Part shown: piece after piece, positions 13,628 through 27,798 of the stretch
Numbering within the stretch: the first letter of the stretch is position 1
Layout: each line of letters starts with the position of its first letter
Assembly (NCBI RefSeq): GCF_025526975.1
Contig: NW_026515675.1
Span: 310,001 to 374,000 of the forward strand
DNA from: Fimicolochytrium jonesii
Lineage: Eukaryota
Direction: 5' to 3'
DNA length: 64,000 nucleotides
Position numbers and translations under genes: made by a program
Notes under the pieces: model-generated
Told to the model about the DNA's origin: nothing
Seen by the model: only the letters and a program-made list of their open reading frames with translations
Database searches by the model: none

Positions 13628-16600
13628 TCACTGGAAGCTCGACCTGTATCAAAATAGCAGTCAGTAAGGATATTTGCTGCGATGAAGTGCAAAAGAATGC
13701 ACCCTCATAACGGAAAAAGTACAAAAACCAATTGACCTACCGGAACTTCTTGATCTCCACCATAACGCTCTGCAATCCAATAGGCTGCACCTTCGGTTTC
13801 CGATTGAGGAACCGTTTATCCCACAACGACATGAAGCGCTTGTAGTAGAGGACCAGCTGCGTCAATGCGTGGTGCAGGATCCGTGCTCCGTTCTGGAAGT
13901 TGGCGAAGGATTGCATGACAGATTGATTGATGTTGCCCAGTGCGCCTTTCCAGTTTTGGTTGAATTCGGCGGCGATGCGCTCGAAATTTTCTGTTTTTTC
14001 GATAAGGGATGCATGAGAGTTGATAACGCGGGTTATGCAAACTTCCCCTTTCCTTTAATGATATAATACCTTCTTGAAGACTAGCGAGGTCCAACCCCGA
14101 CTCGGCGGTGCTCACGAACCGCATCAGGTTTGCGAAATACGGCTTGAGTTCTTCGTCCACGTATTCGTTGGTCTTGCTTTCTAATAACGTGGTGAAGTGG
14201 GACTTTTCTTGCTCGAATGAGGAGGTGGAGTGTTCCTAAAGGATAGATGATGGTGTTGATGATAGGTCAAAGAACGGTCCCCTGGAGTGGATATACGTAC
14301 GCTGAGTATAGACACTACCAAATCCAGGTTGTTGATCAGGAATACTAACTTCTGTTTGGGATCGGGGAACTCGCCGGACATCCGCATGAGCAGGTGCTCC
14401 ACCTCTGTTCGTAAGCGGAACAGACTATCGCCGCGTCAATCAATGAGAGTTCTTTCTTTGCTTTGCATACTCTCCCCCGCGCATACCTATTTATCAAGAG
14501 AGCGTCATCATATCCTTGGTTAAGCGTCAAAATCGACGCCGAGAACTCCGCATACCGACGCGTTATCTACGAAAGAGCTCCAGATCATGAGGCACGCAAC
14601 AACCCTAAACTGCATCACCAGAACACCAACTCACATAATGCGGATGCACATCCTTGCTCGGCAACAAAGACCGCGGGCTAGCTTTCTTCAGACTGTCGAT
14701 ATGCATATCCATGATAGCCTGGAATCTGGGCCAAAGCAGCATGTTTGTCGCGTTCATGAAGCTTTCGAGGCATGGGATCCGCCGCGCTTGCATGATGCGC
14801 AGGTTCAGCATGTTGAGACGGATGCAGAGGAGGATGCCTACGCCATCGAAGCTTGCATCGATTGTTGTTTTGTTGAATGCCTTTGTGTCAATAGGTTAAT
14901 GGAAGGTGTCAGTCGAGCTACTTGGCCATAGTAACAGAGATGTGTCAATCTCTCCCCGCATCACCTGAATCAGCCTCAGCGTAGGCTCGAAAACCTCGCT
15001 GAAAGTCAAAGCTCCAGCATTGCCATCCTTGGTCAACTTGGCATTCTTCCCACGGGGAGGCGAAAAAAAGTCCGTGTCGAAGAGGTACTCTGACGACGCA
15101 TTGTCCATCAGCAACCGCGACAGGCTCTTATATATTGCCTCGAATGGGAATTTCTGTCGTTGGGGAGTTGGCAAAACGTTAGCCGGGGGAGCCCAATGAC
15201 GGACCCGGCGTCAGATCTGTAACGATTTACAATATTCTTTTCTTCCGCAATATGTGTCAAGATGATCCCGGGATCCGCCGTGGTCGTCACATTCAGTCTT
15301 TCCCCCAGACTGAAAACGTTGGTCTTGTCTTTCAACGCCTGCTTAGCGCCAAAGATGCCGGGCAGACCCGGTAGACCTGGGTTGCAAGCGATCAGCTGTG
15401 TCTGTGTGGAAGAAATACATGGGACGTGACGACATACCCCGCTTCCCGCTTTCTTCGCTTGCGATGAGATCCGATTTGTCCGCGATCACCGTCTAAAGTT
15501 GGGCCGTCGTCAACTTCTACTTCTCAGTGACTCGAAGCAGCTTCGCTCACCTGCAGCTTCTGCAAAGACTTCATGTACTTCTCGAACGAAACCAGGAAGT
15601 AGTTCCCAACCGTATTCACGTAGAGGTTGTGAACTTCCATCGCAACGTCGCTGTAGCGCTCTGCCAAGAACCAGAAGAGCTCCTTGTATTTGAGGAAGAT
15701 GTTCTGCTGGATGATGGCAATGTTCGTGTTGGGTGCTCGTAACGACTCTATCCGCTTTATGAGAAATTCTTTCGATTTCTCGGCGGCCTGCGATTGCAAA
15801 TGACGCAGTCAGCCACGACAGGTCCACAAACTTCGGCCCGTAAGTGAGCAAGTGACCCAACCCACCCTCAGTCGTAATCTTTCCAATTCTGGCCCAACAT
15901 CCTTGAAAGCCCGGATATGTTGACCTTGCTGACTTTTCACGTAGGCCATCTTCTTGTTGAGATCCGCCAGATGCTGAAGGAAGAATTCGTTGACCTCGCC
16001 TTCGGATATCTTCCTACATCGAAATTGTAAGCTGATGTCCTTTGCCATATATGCATGCGCGCAAACCAACCTGATAAGGTCGGGGCTGACCAGCACCCCG
16101 TCTAATACACTGTTCAGAATCGTTTGCATGCTCTGTAACGTACGGAGCGCGTCAACACCTTGCCACAAACGAGCCGGGAAAGCCAGCGTTCCCGTACCGT
16201 GCGGTTCTTTAGTCTGACGTTCATAGACTGAGACTGGTCTTGCAAGATCTGAATCTCTGCACTGATGTTTCCCAGATCTGATTGAAATCCATGCATAAGG
16301 CTCTCCATTCTCTGCAGGATCTCGTCACACGCCTGGTGAATGGACAATGCGTCAACACAACGCCGGTGGCTCGACCAACTAGTGCATGTGTTCCTCGTGT
16401 CCCATCAAATACCTGTATCTGGCGATGCAGGTCCACGAACGGTTGACATTGCTTCACATCTAAGAAGATTTGCTCAGTCATGTGCACAAGAAAGCTGCTC
16501 TGACTTCCCATCATACATCCAAGTACGTGCTCCTGTTCGACGGCGTCAAGTTCGTTTGCTATTTGTTTCGCGTACTCGCGGAGATCTGTACCCTGACAAT

Positions 16601-17051
16601 AGGTTAGTCTTCGGAAACCTAAGTTTAGAGCAAAAACAATATCGCTCCCGGCACCTTTGTAAAGGCTTCTTTCACTAGGACGTCTTCTTGGAACGCCGAT
16701 ATTCGGTCTGGGAATGGACAGCTCGAGTTTCAGCGGTTGCGTTCGCAAGCGACATCTTGGGCAAAGACTTCCAATTTTTTTCTACAGACCATCCGCTTCC
16801 TCCAGCTCCGAGGACGCGGCATCCAAACTCTCAAACGATGCGGTTATGCTACCAGCCTAACAAAAGGAGTGCTCGTTTGAGTTTGGGTATTCTACACTCA
16901 GACCACGTACAACACTGAAAGTAAACCCAACCTCTTCTTCCCGAAGTAACGCTGCTACGAAGGCTTCCCCCGCTTCTTTGGCCGCGGCCGCTGCTGAAGT
17001 GACCTCGGTGGTGCTCTGGCCCAGCCCTGCGACTCTCACTTCCACGCTCAT
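13628..17051 (-). CDS. VPS52: GARP complex subunit Vps52/Sac2, multi-exon
   Basis: ACDEILQRMESLMHGFQSDLGNISAEIQILQDQSQSMNVRLKNR; DVGPELERLR; PNTNIAIIQQ; LLMDNASSEYLF; LLWPRFQAIMDMHIDSL; LVFLINNLDLVVSIL; MVEIKKFRSSFQ*. Confidence 0.92.
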
Positions 17052-17352
17052 GGTTGCTTTTGGTTCGATATGTTGCTGCCCATTGAAGGACTGGGAGCTG
17101 AGAACTTCAAATATTCAGAGCAGAGCCGAGCAACTTTTCCCGCGCGTGAGTCATGCCATGGGTGGCCGTTCCGTTACGTGGTTGACCGCACCCGTCAAAA
17201 GCAGACTCCGAGACTGTCAGGTTTTTTCTTGCATCCAGGGAGAGGTTTCGGACATACATACATCGAGGGCGTCGAGCAGCCCTGTCTACGGACTACAGAG
17301 CACCCCACCCAGAATTCCTCTGATACTATTCGTGGCGACGTCAGCCTGAACG

Positions 17353-20339
17353 ATGGCCACATCGTCGGAAGAGGTGATCCGGTTCATCATCCGGGAAATC
17401 GTCAACAGGTCGACGAATGTGCTGAAGGCGAGGCGGAATGTTGCAGAGAGCAATGTACCCGCCGCTGGGGCAGGGGAGAGTGGGACACCGACGGCAGTCA
17501 GACCGTCGCTTTCTGGGGATGCAGCCATAATATCGGAAACGCTTGCGGCCTTCATGGTCCGCGCCGTAGTCTTAGATCCACGATATGATTTTAGGATTGA
17601 GCGGGAGCTGGGGAGGGATGAGGTGGACAGACTGATCAAGGTAATCGATCGAAAAGGCGAGCTGTGGTTTATAGGCTCGGAAGCTGGGGAACTGATAGAG
17701 CTTTCAATATTCTAGTGCTGTGTGGATAAGATCACTTTGACGAATGACCCAGTCATGGAAACCGTCAAGATGCAAGTTTACTTTGACACAAACTTTCCAG
17801 CGCAGGGTGCGTAGGTATTTTATCGTCCCGCATGAGCTGCTTTAAAATACTGATAGACCTGTCCAGCCGACTTCCTGCACAAGGAGAAGCAATCGCGGAT
17901 CTCAGCCTGTGCGGTGCTCCTTCGGGAGATCGTTGAGGTGAGGACAAAGGCTATCCCTGTTTACGAAGGTATATCTTTGGCAGGATGAACCGCTTTCCTA
18001 TCGACCGATTTGCTCATCGCTGCACTATACTTCAGCCCTCTACCGCAAGATTGTATCCTATCTTCTGCTGAGAAGCCATGTCGGAAACCCAACAGACATG
18101 CGCGTTGTGCGCGAGGCGACAGGTAGAGCACCTTGTGCTTATTTCACGGGTTGCCCCGGAGATTACTGATCGATGAACATATCATCAGCTGGTTTGGAGT
18201 CGGTGTTTCCGCAGTCAGAGCTGAGCGCGTTCATATCGCTATCGCGACAAGAGAAGGAGGCCCAGCTGAATGGATTGGCTCAGTTGGTAACGGGCATCAG
18301 ACTGTTCAACAAGCAACTGGGCAAAGGAGGGGAAGGCGTGGATGATCGTAAGCGGACAGGGCGTAAAGCTGTAGCGGAGGCACGCGTGACCATGATCTGA
18401 CACTCTTCGCATCTTGGAAAATAGTGCCGCATCTCTGCACCCGCGAGCTCAACCATCTCTCTACTACGCTCAAGCAACTCACAACGACCACCGAGGACCA
18501 AATACAGCTTTACACCGGTAGGCTTTCGGCGGTTGTGGCGTTTAGAAAGGAATATCTCTCAGATTCTCCTTGCTCACATCAGCGGTCGCGGACTATGCGG
18601 ACGTATCACCTAATCCTCAGCTTGAAGACGTCTCACTACCGCGGCTGCGTTCCGCGCTGGTCTTCAAACGAGAGTTCCTCATATATCTGGATGCTCTACA
18701 TGTACGTACGTCTATGATTATGGACATCTGCTTATCCCGAGCTCATCATGAGTGCGGGTCCGCAGGAACAAACGAACAGGTCACGGACAACATTGGAAAC
18801 CCTGACCGCCCGATTTGAAGAAGCGGTCAAGGAACTGAAGGTCACATGCCGCGCAAAGACAGCGGTGCCTGTCGATCAAGTATACGTGAGTATCCCGACG
18901 AAGTCACCACTCTCTCCGATAGTTCAGCTCTGACGCCTACTTCTTTCTCGCCTCTCGAAAAAGCCGCCATTCATCCTCCTAGCAAATCTCTGGCAAAACT
19001 ACATGGACGAGCTCTTCTTGTTGGCTTTCCGCAGAGGCATCGTCGACACGATACAGCAGCATGCGAAGGTACGAGACGATCGAACCATCTCTTTCATTCG
19101 GATCGTTTGGCCGTCGTGCTGACGATTTCAATGACATATCCAACAGGGGTTTGAGTTCAACATCCCCAACATGTTAGTGACGTTCTCTCAACCGTTTCGG
19201 AAAGAGATCGAGAGCGCTATCCTGCCAGGTACATATTGCGCATGCATGGATCTGTCCCGATACAAACTGCCCTGCTATATAACAACATGCTGAAACCGCT
19301 CATATTCAGAATCCCAAGTGATTGCCAAAGCAAGCGAGTTGATGGTATCGCTGGCAGTGAAAGGAACAAAGGGCATCGAGATTATACATCCGGGTAACGC
19401 GACGCAGTATTATCAACTGCCGGTGGAGTACGGGGTGAGTTTCGTTGCTCTGAATAGTCTGGGTCCCTAACATGTTACATCAGAGGCTAAGCGAGTCGAT
19501 ATGCACAGGGATTCTGCCCGCATACTCTTATCCGGAGGGAGGGGTTGGTCGTGCCTGGGGACAAGAATTACGGATTGGTCAAATACCGTGACAAGCTGTA
19601 TGCGTTGGCGAACGACAATGCAATCAAGGAGTTTGCCAAGCTGCCGGAACTGTGAGTTGGATGCTCTGCTCACGCATGTGTATTTCTAAGGCCAATTCGC
19701 TGATCACGCCTGTTTCTCAGGTACATCGAGGGTGTCCTAGAGATGGCCAGGCGCTCCGCAGACCTTGTTCAAATGCTGCATCTCTACCCCTACTTCCCAA
19801 CAATCGAAGCCCTCGAAAACGCAAAGTCCTTCACCCGCCAACGCCTCCTCGGCCAAGTCCCCCTCGTAACCGAACAAGGCACGCAAGTCGACACTCACAT
19901 CGTCGACACATACATTGATCCCAATTACGAGTGGAACGAATGGACGCTTCGCCGCCGCGCGCTGATGCTGGTCAACCTCCGCACGAAAGCGACGCACTCG
20001 ACACAAACGCAGCGGTCTCACTTCCGTCGCTCGAATGAGACGCAGCACTATGCGCCCAAGCCGGCTGAAGCGCAGACGATGCGTGTGTCCGGTGCGGCCG
20101 CCACGCCCAGGAAGTCGACGTTCCTTGGTGGGTTGCGGTATGCGCCGAGAGATCCTGCCACGGGAGACACGGCACCGAGATTCAAAGTGTGTGATTTGAC
20201 GTTGGACTGGGATGGGATGCCTGCGCCATACGGTGGCGGTGCGTTTGGGGTCAGGATGTCGCCGGATAAGGCGGCCGCGGCGGGCGCTGGGCGAGTCGTG
20301 CAGGCGAGAGGTGAGAAACGGGAAGTGAACCCGGGATGA
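17353..20339 (+). CDS. CFAP206: Cilia- and flagella-associated protein 206 (radial spoke base), multi-exon
   Basis: ISETLAAFMVRAVVLDP; METVKMQVYFD; LESVFPQSEL; QLVTGIRLFNK; AVPVDQVY; IDPNYEWNEWTLRRRALMLVNLRTKATHSTQT. Confidence 0.9.
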
Positions 20340-21050
20340 TTGGCGAAGGCCAAAGCATCAGCGGCGGCGCCAGCGTAGATTAATGTCAATATGAAAAGTC
20401 TCTGTCAAGCTAATATAATACATTCGTACGTGCTGAAATGTGACAAAAATATGAGATGCTTAGAGTGTAAGGAACACAGAAGATGTTGGTCTGAGATCAT
20501 GCGAAGCCGTCCTCCGTGGCCGAGTGCCTTCGAGTCTATCTGTCATGATGCCGTATTGAAAAAGTGGGCCAATACTCACCGGGTCATCGTAACGCTCATC
20601 TATCGGATCGAGACATTTTTGCTTCTGTGCACAAGTAGGAGGGCGTGAAATTCGAACTTTTCTTTCAGTCAGTAAGTCCGGTAGCGTTTTAGGACTCCTG
20701 TGCGATTGGCTGTAGAAGGGGGCCCACGGAAGGTCTCCTAGGCGGTATGCCCTGTGCATTTTCTCAGTCCGAGGGCAGATATGCCCCAGAAAACAAGCAG
20801 ACACCTGCAAGTTTCCTCCACATTCGCCACAACGCAAATCGGGAAGGTTAGGGAAAATAACGCGTGATATCTTCAAGGCGGAAATAATACAGATTTGCCT
20901 CTCGCAGCTTGCCGAACATGGGGGAAGGGATTGTGATAGGAAATCTACCGAAAAAAAATCAAGGAAAGGTGTCTTTTGCGAGGCTCGACGGATTACATTT
21001 GGGTTTGGGATTTGGGGTTATCGAACCAGCTTGGGGAGGTCCAAAGTCGA

Positions 21051-21981
<931 letters not shown>

Positions 21982-22829
21982 TCTGACAGTAGGGAATTCG
22001 CCAATTAAGCTGAATATAAAGCCTTTCTGTGGTCCGTGATGTTCGTGCGTCGACTACCAGTGGCTGCACGATCGAGCGATGAGAGGCTTCAAAGACCCAC
22101 AGTCAGAGTTCCCAACAGCCCGGTGCCGGAGAATATGCTGCACAACCGCTCGCGTTTGTCGAGGAATACGAACGCAAGAGGTTGATGTATGTACCGCCCG
22201 CACAGAGTTTTATGCAGCCTGGGAAGTGGGCTGGTATGATATCGACGATTGGCTCCCCTAATTTCGCGAACGCGGGCCGACAATGCCGGGTACCGGATGT
22301 GACGGTTTGCAGCTCGTTTCGACAAGCGGGAAAAAAACCTCCCGAGCCGACTAGAAGGACAAACGAAAGCAGCGGCGGAAGTCGGAGATTTTGAAGCTGC
22401 GTTGTGTTCGAGCCTCTACAGTGCTGAAGCCGAAGGGAGCGGTATACGGGCAGCCGTGACATAAGAGGCTCAAGCGTGAAGAAGTTGCTCAGCGCAGTTC
22501 TGGATGTGCTTTAAACATCTAGGCGCAAACTACGCTGGCCCGCTAATCATTTTTGTTTACAGACGTTCCCCTGCGTTCTAGACTGCCGTAAATAAACTCT
22601 TACTCGGTCCGCCAAGCCACCATAGAATTGATCTTGGCCAAATTCGACACCGCGTTTATGAATTTACAGCGCAGATTGACAGCTCACGTAAAGGCGGTCC
22701 GGAAAGTCGGGAGAGTTCTCACCATGTTCGGGAACAATTTCGGACGCGAGGACGGTTCATACGGCACTTCCACATTTTGATTCCAGTCTATCACCACCTT
22801 GAGTTTTTGAAGGACTCTACCTATGTATC

Positions 22830-25800
22830 ATGCCAGACACTCCCGGCAAAGCGATGGCGGTATCTGACATCGAGGAAGATCATCCAGATGCTGAAGACGG
22901 GAACGATGAAGTGACGGACGACCTGCTGGACGAGCACCGCAACCATCCAAAAAAAAAGAAAAAAAAGGGCCTGGAAGCTCTGCTGCCTGGGAAACGTCGG
23001 AAATCCGTGGATGTTGAAGCCAAAAAGGCGGAGAACCTGAAAACATTCAATGCCGCAGCGTCAATCGCGGCTGACGTCAAAGAGCGGATACGAGGGAAAG
23101 AGCCGGAAGTTCCCGTGGTCGAGGAAGTGAAAGTCACCGAACGACGTTCTCACTTCAAAACAGACATATCCGAGCACCGTCTATCAATGAAAGATCTCGT
23201 TGCCAAGCATTCAACTCACGTCGAGCTGAAGAATCCACAAAAGTCACAGGGGCTTCCACAGCAGGAGGCAACAAAGAGGCTGGCAAAGTACGGTCCAAAT
23301 CAGATCACGCCGCCTAGGCGCACACCTGCAGTATGGCGCTTCGTTCAATGCTTGGGGAACTTGTTCAACGTTTTACTGGGTGCAGCGGGTATAGGCTACT
23401 TGATCACTTACGCCATCAAACCCGTCGATTACTTTGAGAATGCTTACATCGGGTGCATCCTCATCGGTGTTGCCTTCATCAATGCCGGAATCGAGTTTTA
23501 TGAATTGCAGAAAATTGCGGCGATTTTGGCAAGCTTTACATCGCTCATTACAGCTCATGCTGAGGTAGTCCGTGAAGGGAAACTGGAAACAGTGCAGGCA
23601 CGATATCTGGTTCCAGGCGGTGAGTTCCGCGAAGGAATGCTGTCAAGTGGTAGAACCTATCTCGGAACTGATCATTTATGCTCTCTAGATCTGGCTTATG
23701 TTCGTGCCGGGGGGAAAGTGCCTGCAGACCTCATTATTGTGCATGCGTCTGATTGCAAGCTTGACATGTCAAGTCTGACCGGCGAGACAGAACCAGTGGG
23801 CCGGCAGGCGCTAGAACGCGGAAGTCCGGAAGGCGTCGAAGCCATCGACGCCCCAAACGTGGCATTCAATGGCAGCGTAGTCGTCTCAGGGGAGGCATAT
23901 GGGATTGTGGTGAAGACGGGCGACTCGACCGTCCTTGGTCAGATTGCCTCGTTAACGAAAGCGGAAAAGAAAAGACGGTCACCACTTTCGTCCGAAATTC
24001 ATCGGTTTTGCCACACCATATCCGTCCTCGCGACGCTAACGGCTCTCATCTTCTTCCTATTCGCCGTTGCACGGACGCGTAACACCAACTACGCGCTGAA
24101 TTTCGGCATCGGGATTCTCGTCGCGTGGATTCCACAAGGCCTTGCCGTAACCGTTACGATGTTACTGACAATTGCTGGACGACGAATGGCAGACAGGAAT
24201 GTACTTGTCAAAGACTTGCATGGGGTGGAGACTCTCGGAGCAATTACGATGCTGGCGACGGACAAAACAGGCACTATCACGAAAAACGAGATGACGGTTA
24301 CGAATGTATTTACCAACAATATGATGTGGTATGCTGGTCCTGGAGGAGCAAAGGAATGTCCAGTTGGGGAGCGACCGCTTCGAATGGACGCAAGTGGTAT
24401 CTCTGTCATTCTGCATATGGCAGCGACTTGCACAACGTGGGTTTTTATTTTCGGAGATCATACATCTTGCAACTTGTACTGACATTTCCGTATAGAGCCA
24501 GGTTCGACCGGACGGATGTCAAGCCAGAAGAAAGGTATACGTGCACAGAAAGTGGTAGGATTGGCCGCGCAACTTGATGACCATAGGCACATTGCAAATA
24601 GAGCAGTATTGGGAGATGCTACCGAGGCTGGCCTGCTGCGTTGGGCAGCAAGCAAGCTCATCAACATAGATAAGGTAGAGCTTTTAGTCGTAGTCAGTGT
24701 CTGTGGAGACGATCCTGGTGCTCATAGACACAAGTATCTAGCTTCCAAGCCTGTACCCCAAGGTTTTCGAGCTGCCCTTCACCTCCGACACAAAGTGCCA
24801 TCTCACCATACACCGCAAGGGGCACATGTCGGGAGGTCTGACCCTTCACATGAAAGGTGCTCCCGAAGTTATCTGGAGTCGGTGCACCACCATATGGGTG
24901 GAAGGGAAAGTGGTCCCCATTACCGAATTTGAGCGAAAGAAGTGGGCGGATGGACATGCGAAGATGTGTGAGCGAGGCCATCGAGTGCTTGCGTTTGCGA
25001 TGCTGCAGCTGAGCGGAGCGAAGTATCCCGACAACTGGAAGTTCGAGCGTGAGAAGGAAAACTATCCGACCGTAAGTTACCTCAAGTTGGTAAGGCAGGG
25101 CATTATATTCACCATGTCACCATTATCAGTCGGATCTGACATTCGTCGGCCTCGTATCTCTGGAAGACCCACCGAAGTCAGGGGTGCGCCAAGTCATCGG
25201 TACGATGCGAACAGCGGGGATCAAAGTGCTGATGGTGACTGGCGACCACCCCATGACGGGAGAAGCCGTCGCTCGCAAAGTCAACATCATCACCAGCCCA
25301 GAGCCCAGTTACCTTGATTCACCGCAAGACTTGCCGATCGCTAGCCCTTCGAGGGGGAAAGATGCTTCTTGTGTGGTGGTGTCCGGCTCCGTCATCCCGC
25401 ATTTGACGGACAGTGATTGGCTGCATATTCTGCTGCATGAGGAGATTGTGTTTGCACGCACGTCGCCGATGCAAAAGCTGGATTTGGTGACGCGTGCTCA
25501 AGCTCTAGGGCACATCATTGGCGTGACAGGTGATGGCATTAACGATGCCGCAGCTTTGAAGAAGGCGGATCTTGGCATTGCAATGAACAAGACTGGGAGT
25601 GATGTGTCCAAAGAAGCGGCTGGAATGATTCTTCTGGACGATGATTTCGCGACGATTGCAAAAGGCATTATTGAAGGTATTGCTATGTGGGCAACATGAG
25701 TGATCCCTTGACGTCCGCTAAAACTTCCGTCCATTTGCAGGGCGACTTATCTTTTGGAATCTGAAGAAAGTAAGTTCTTTCGTAAGGCTGGAATGTGGCT

Positions 25801-27485
25801 ATCAGGAAAACTCATCACAGGACGTTATTCGTTAAATTGCAGGCCATCAAATACTCTCTCAGTCACATCATGGCCGAAGTCGTTCCCTATCTTCTCTACG
25901 TCCTCGTGCCAATCCCACAAGCGCTGACCTCGATCCAGATCCTCGCGGTCGACCTTGGCTTTGAGCTCTTCATGACCATATCCTTCGCATTTGATCCACC
26001 GGAAGACGCAGAGCTTCTCATGAAACTGCCCCCTCGGCGGCCGGTAACACAGGAAAGCATCATCACAACGATGCATGCCCGCAGGATGCAACGGGACGCT
26101 AGGAGACGCGCACTGGATAAAACTATTTCTGCGGAGGCTGGCGACGCGGGACCGGAAGAGGACGCCGATGAAGGCGGTGTGCGGTCCTCCTCGCAGGAAG
26201 GCACGCCACTGGGCTTAGCTGGATATACAGAATCCCACATGTTGATGAATCGTCTGGTCGACGAGAACGCGGAGCTACTTATGGAGGACATCCAGGGCAG
26301 AGAAGGAGATGGTGCGGCGTCCGACGCTGCAGCTCTGCGCATTCGGTCCAAGTACGAGCGCCTGTGGTTTGAAGTCCGCGCCATCCTCACGCAGCCGGGA
26401 TACTGGCGCGCGCAATACCGGGCGTGGCGTGATCTGACGCAAGGGTTCATCGTGGGTGAACGCCTGGTAGATGGCGAAGTCATGTCCTGGGCGTACTTGG
26501 AGGCTGGGCTGATAGAGTGCTGTGGAGCGATTGCGACCTTCTTTGCGGTGCTTTGGTTCTCTTTTGGGATTTCTGGACTTGATGCTGTAAGGGCGCAGAA
26601 AGGGAAGAAGTACTTTCTCCCACATAGCCCAGATTTCGAGTTGTCCAGTGGTGCCATCCTGGTAAGCATAGCTGATAATGGCAAGCAACGATCATGAACT
26701 CACCTTCGTCATTGCCAGGAGGGAGATTCCCAGTTCCAAGCGCTCAAGCAAGCACAGAGCAGTTTTTACCTTTCAATCCTTATCATTCAAATCTGGAACT
26801 TGTTTGCATGCAAGGCTCGGCTACGCTTGCCGTTCGGGAAGTTTATGGTCGAGTAAGTGCCTCAGTCAGTGGCTCTGATCCTATCGATGAAGGGCCCCCA
26901 AGATGACCATCTTCCTTCTCAGGAACCCTAAAACATGGTTCGCTATATTTGGCGGCACAGCTGTCGGCTTTTTCATAGTCTATATGCCGTTCACAAATGG
27001 TGAGCCATGACACATTGCAAAACTCAGTGGGCTTCAGCGGCGAATTGCTCCACTCATATTTCCCTTGGTCTGCTAGCTGTCTTCTTGACCTCCATGAACC
27101 TGGACCCCATCTACCTTCTGATCCCGATGAGCTTCGGAGGACTGCTTTTGGTCTACTCTATAGTGCGAAAGCTTATAATGTGGAAAGGTACCGAGACGCT
27201 TCTGCGGAAAACCTCCTAAGAATATGCTCACCTTGCCCATTTCAGTCACCCCGGAAGACAAGAATCCCAGCATAGAGCAACTCAATATGCTCAACTCCGA
27301 AATGGTATTGACGCTGCTCGATTTCTTTTCACTCAGATCGATGTTACTCACCTTCTATATCTTCCTAGGTACTGAACAAAAGGGCCCCAGCAAAAGCTAC
27401 AAAACCGTCTCAGCGTCCGGCTGGGCGAAATCGATATCTGCCATCGATGCAAGAGATAGGTCGCACTGTCAGTACTCACGATTAA
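22830..27485 (+). CDS. P-type cation-transporting ATPase, type IIC (Na/K-ATPase-related; possibly fungal ACU type)
   Basis: YGPNQITPP; DMSSLTGETEP; VETLGAITMLATDKTGTIT; GDATEAGLL; MKGAPE; MVTGDHP; FARTSPMQK; TGDGINDAAALKKADLGIAM; C-terminal TM segments; approximate stop TAA 27483-27485. Confidence 0.9.
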
Positions 27486-27798
27486 ACATTCGAAGGCACT
27501 TAGTTTTCACACACGGTAGTCGTCAGTAAGATGAGAAAGGTCATAATGTGCTTTGGAGGATTTAGCTAGACTGATCTTTCACCCCTCTTATGAACAAGAG
27601 CTTTAGCATGCTTGCTGTCAGGGGCAGTCAGAATCTGATGAAAGGTTTTGGAATGAAGTTATATGGACATCGAAAGCTTATCGCCAAGTTCCGGACAATA
27701 AACAGATTTGAGTTTGTAGAATATGTAACACGATATACAAGAGTCATAAGCACCGGGGTAGTAAAAAGAAATGTACAGTCCTGTCGTCTCGGCTTTGG

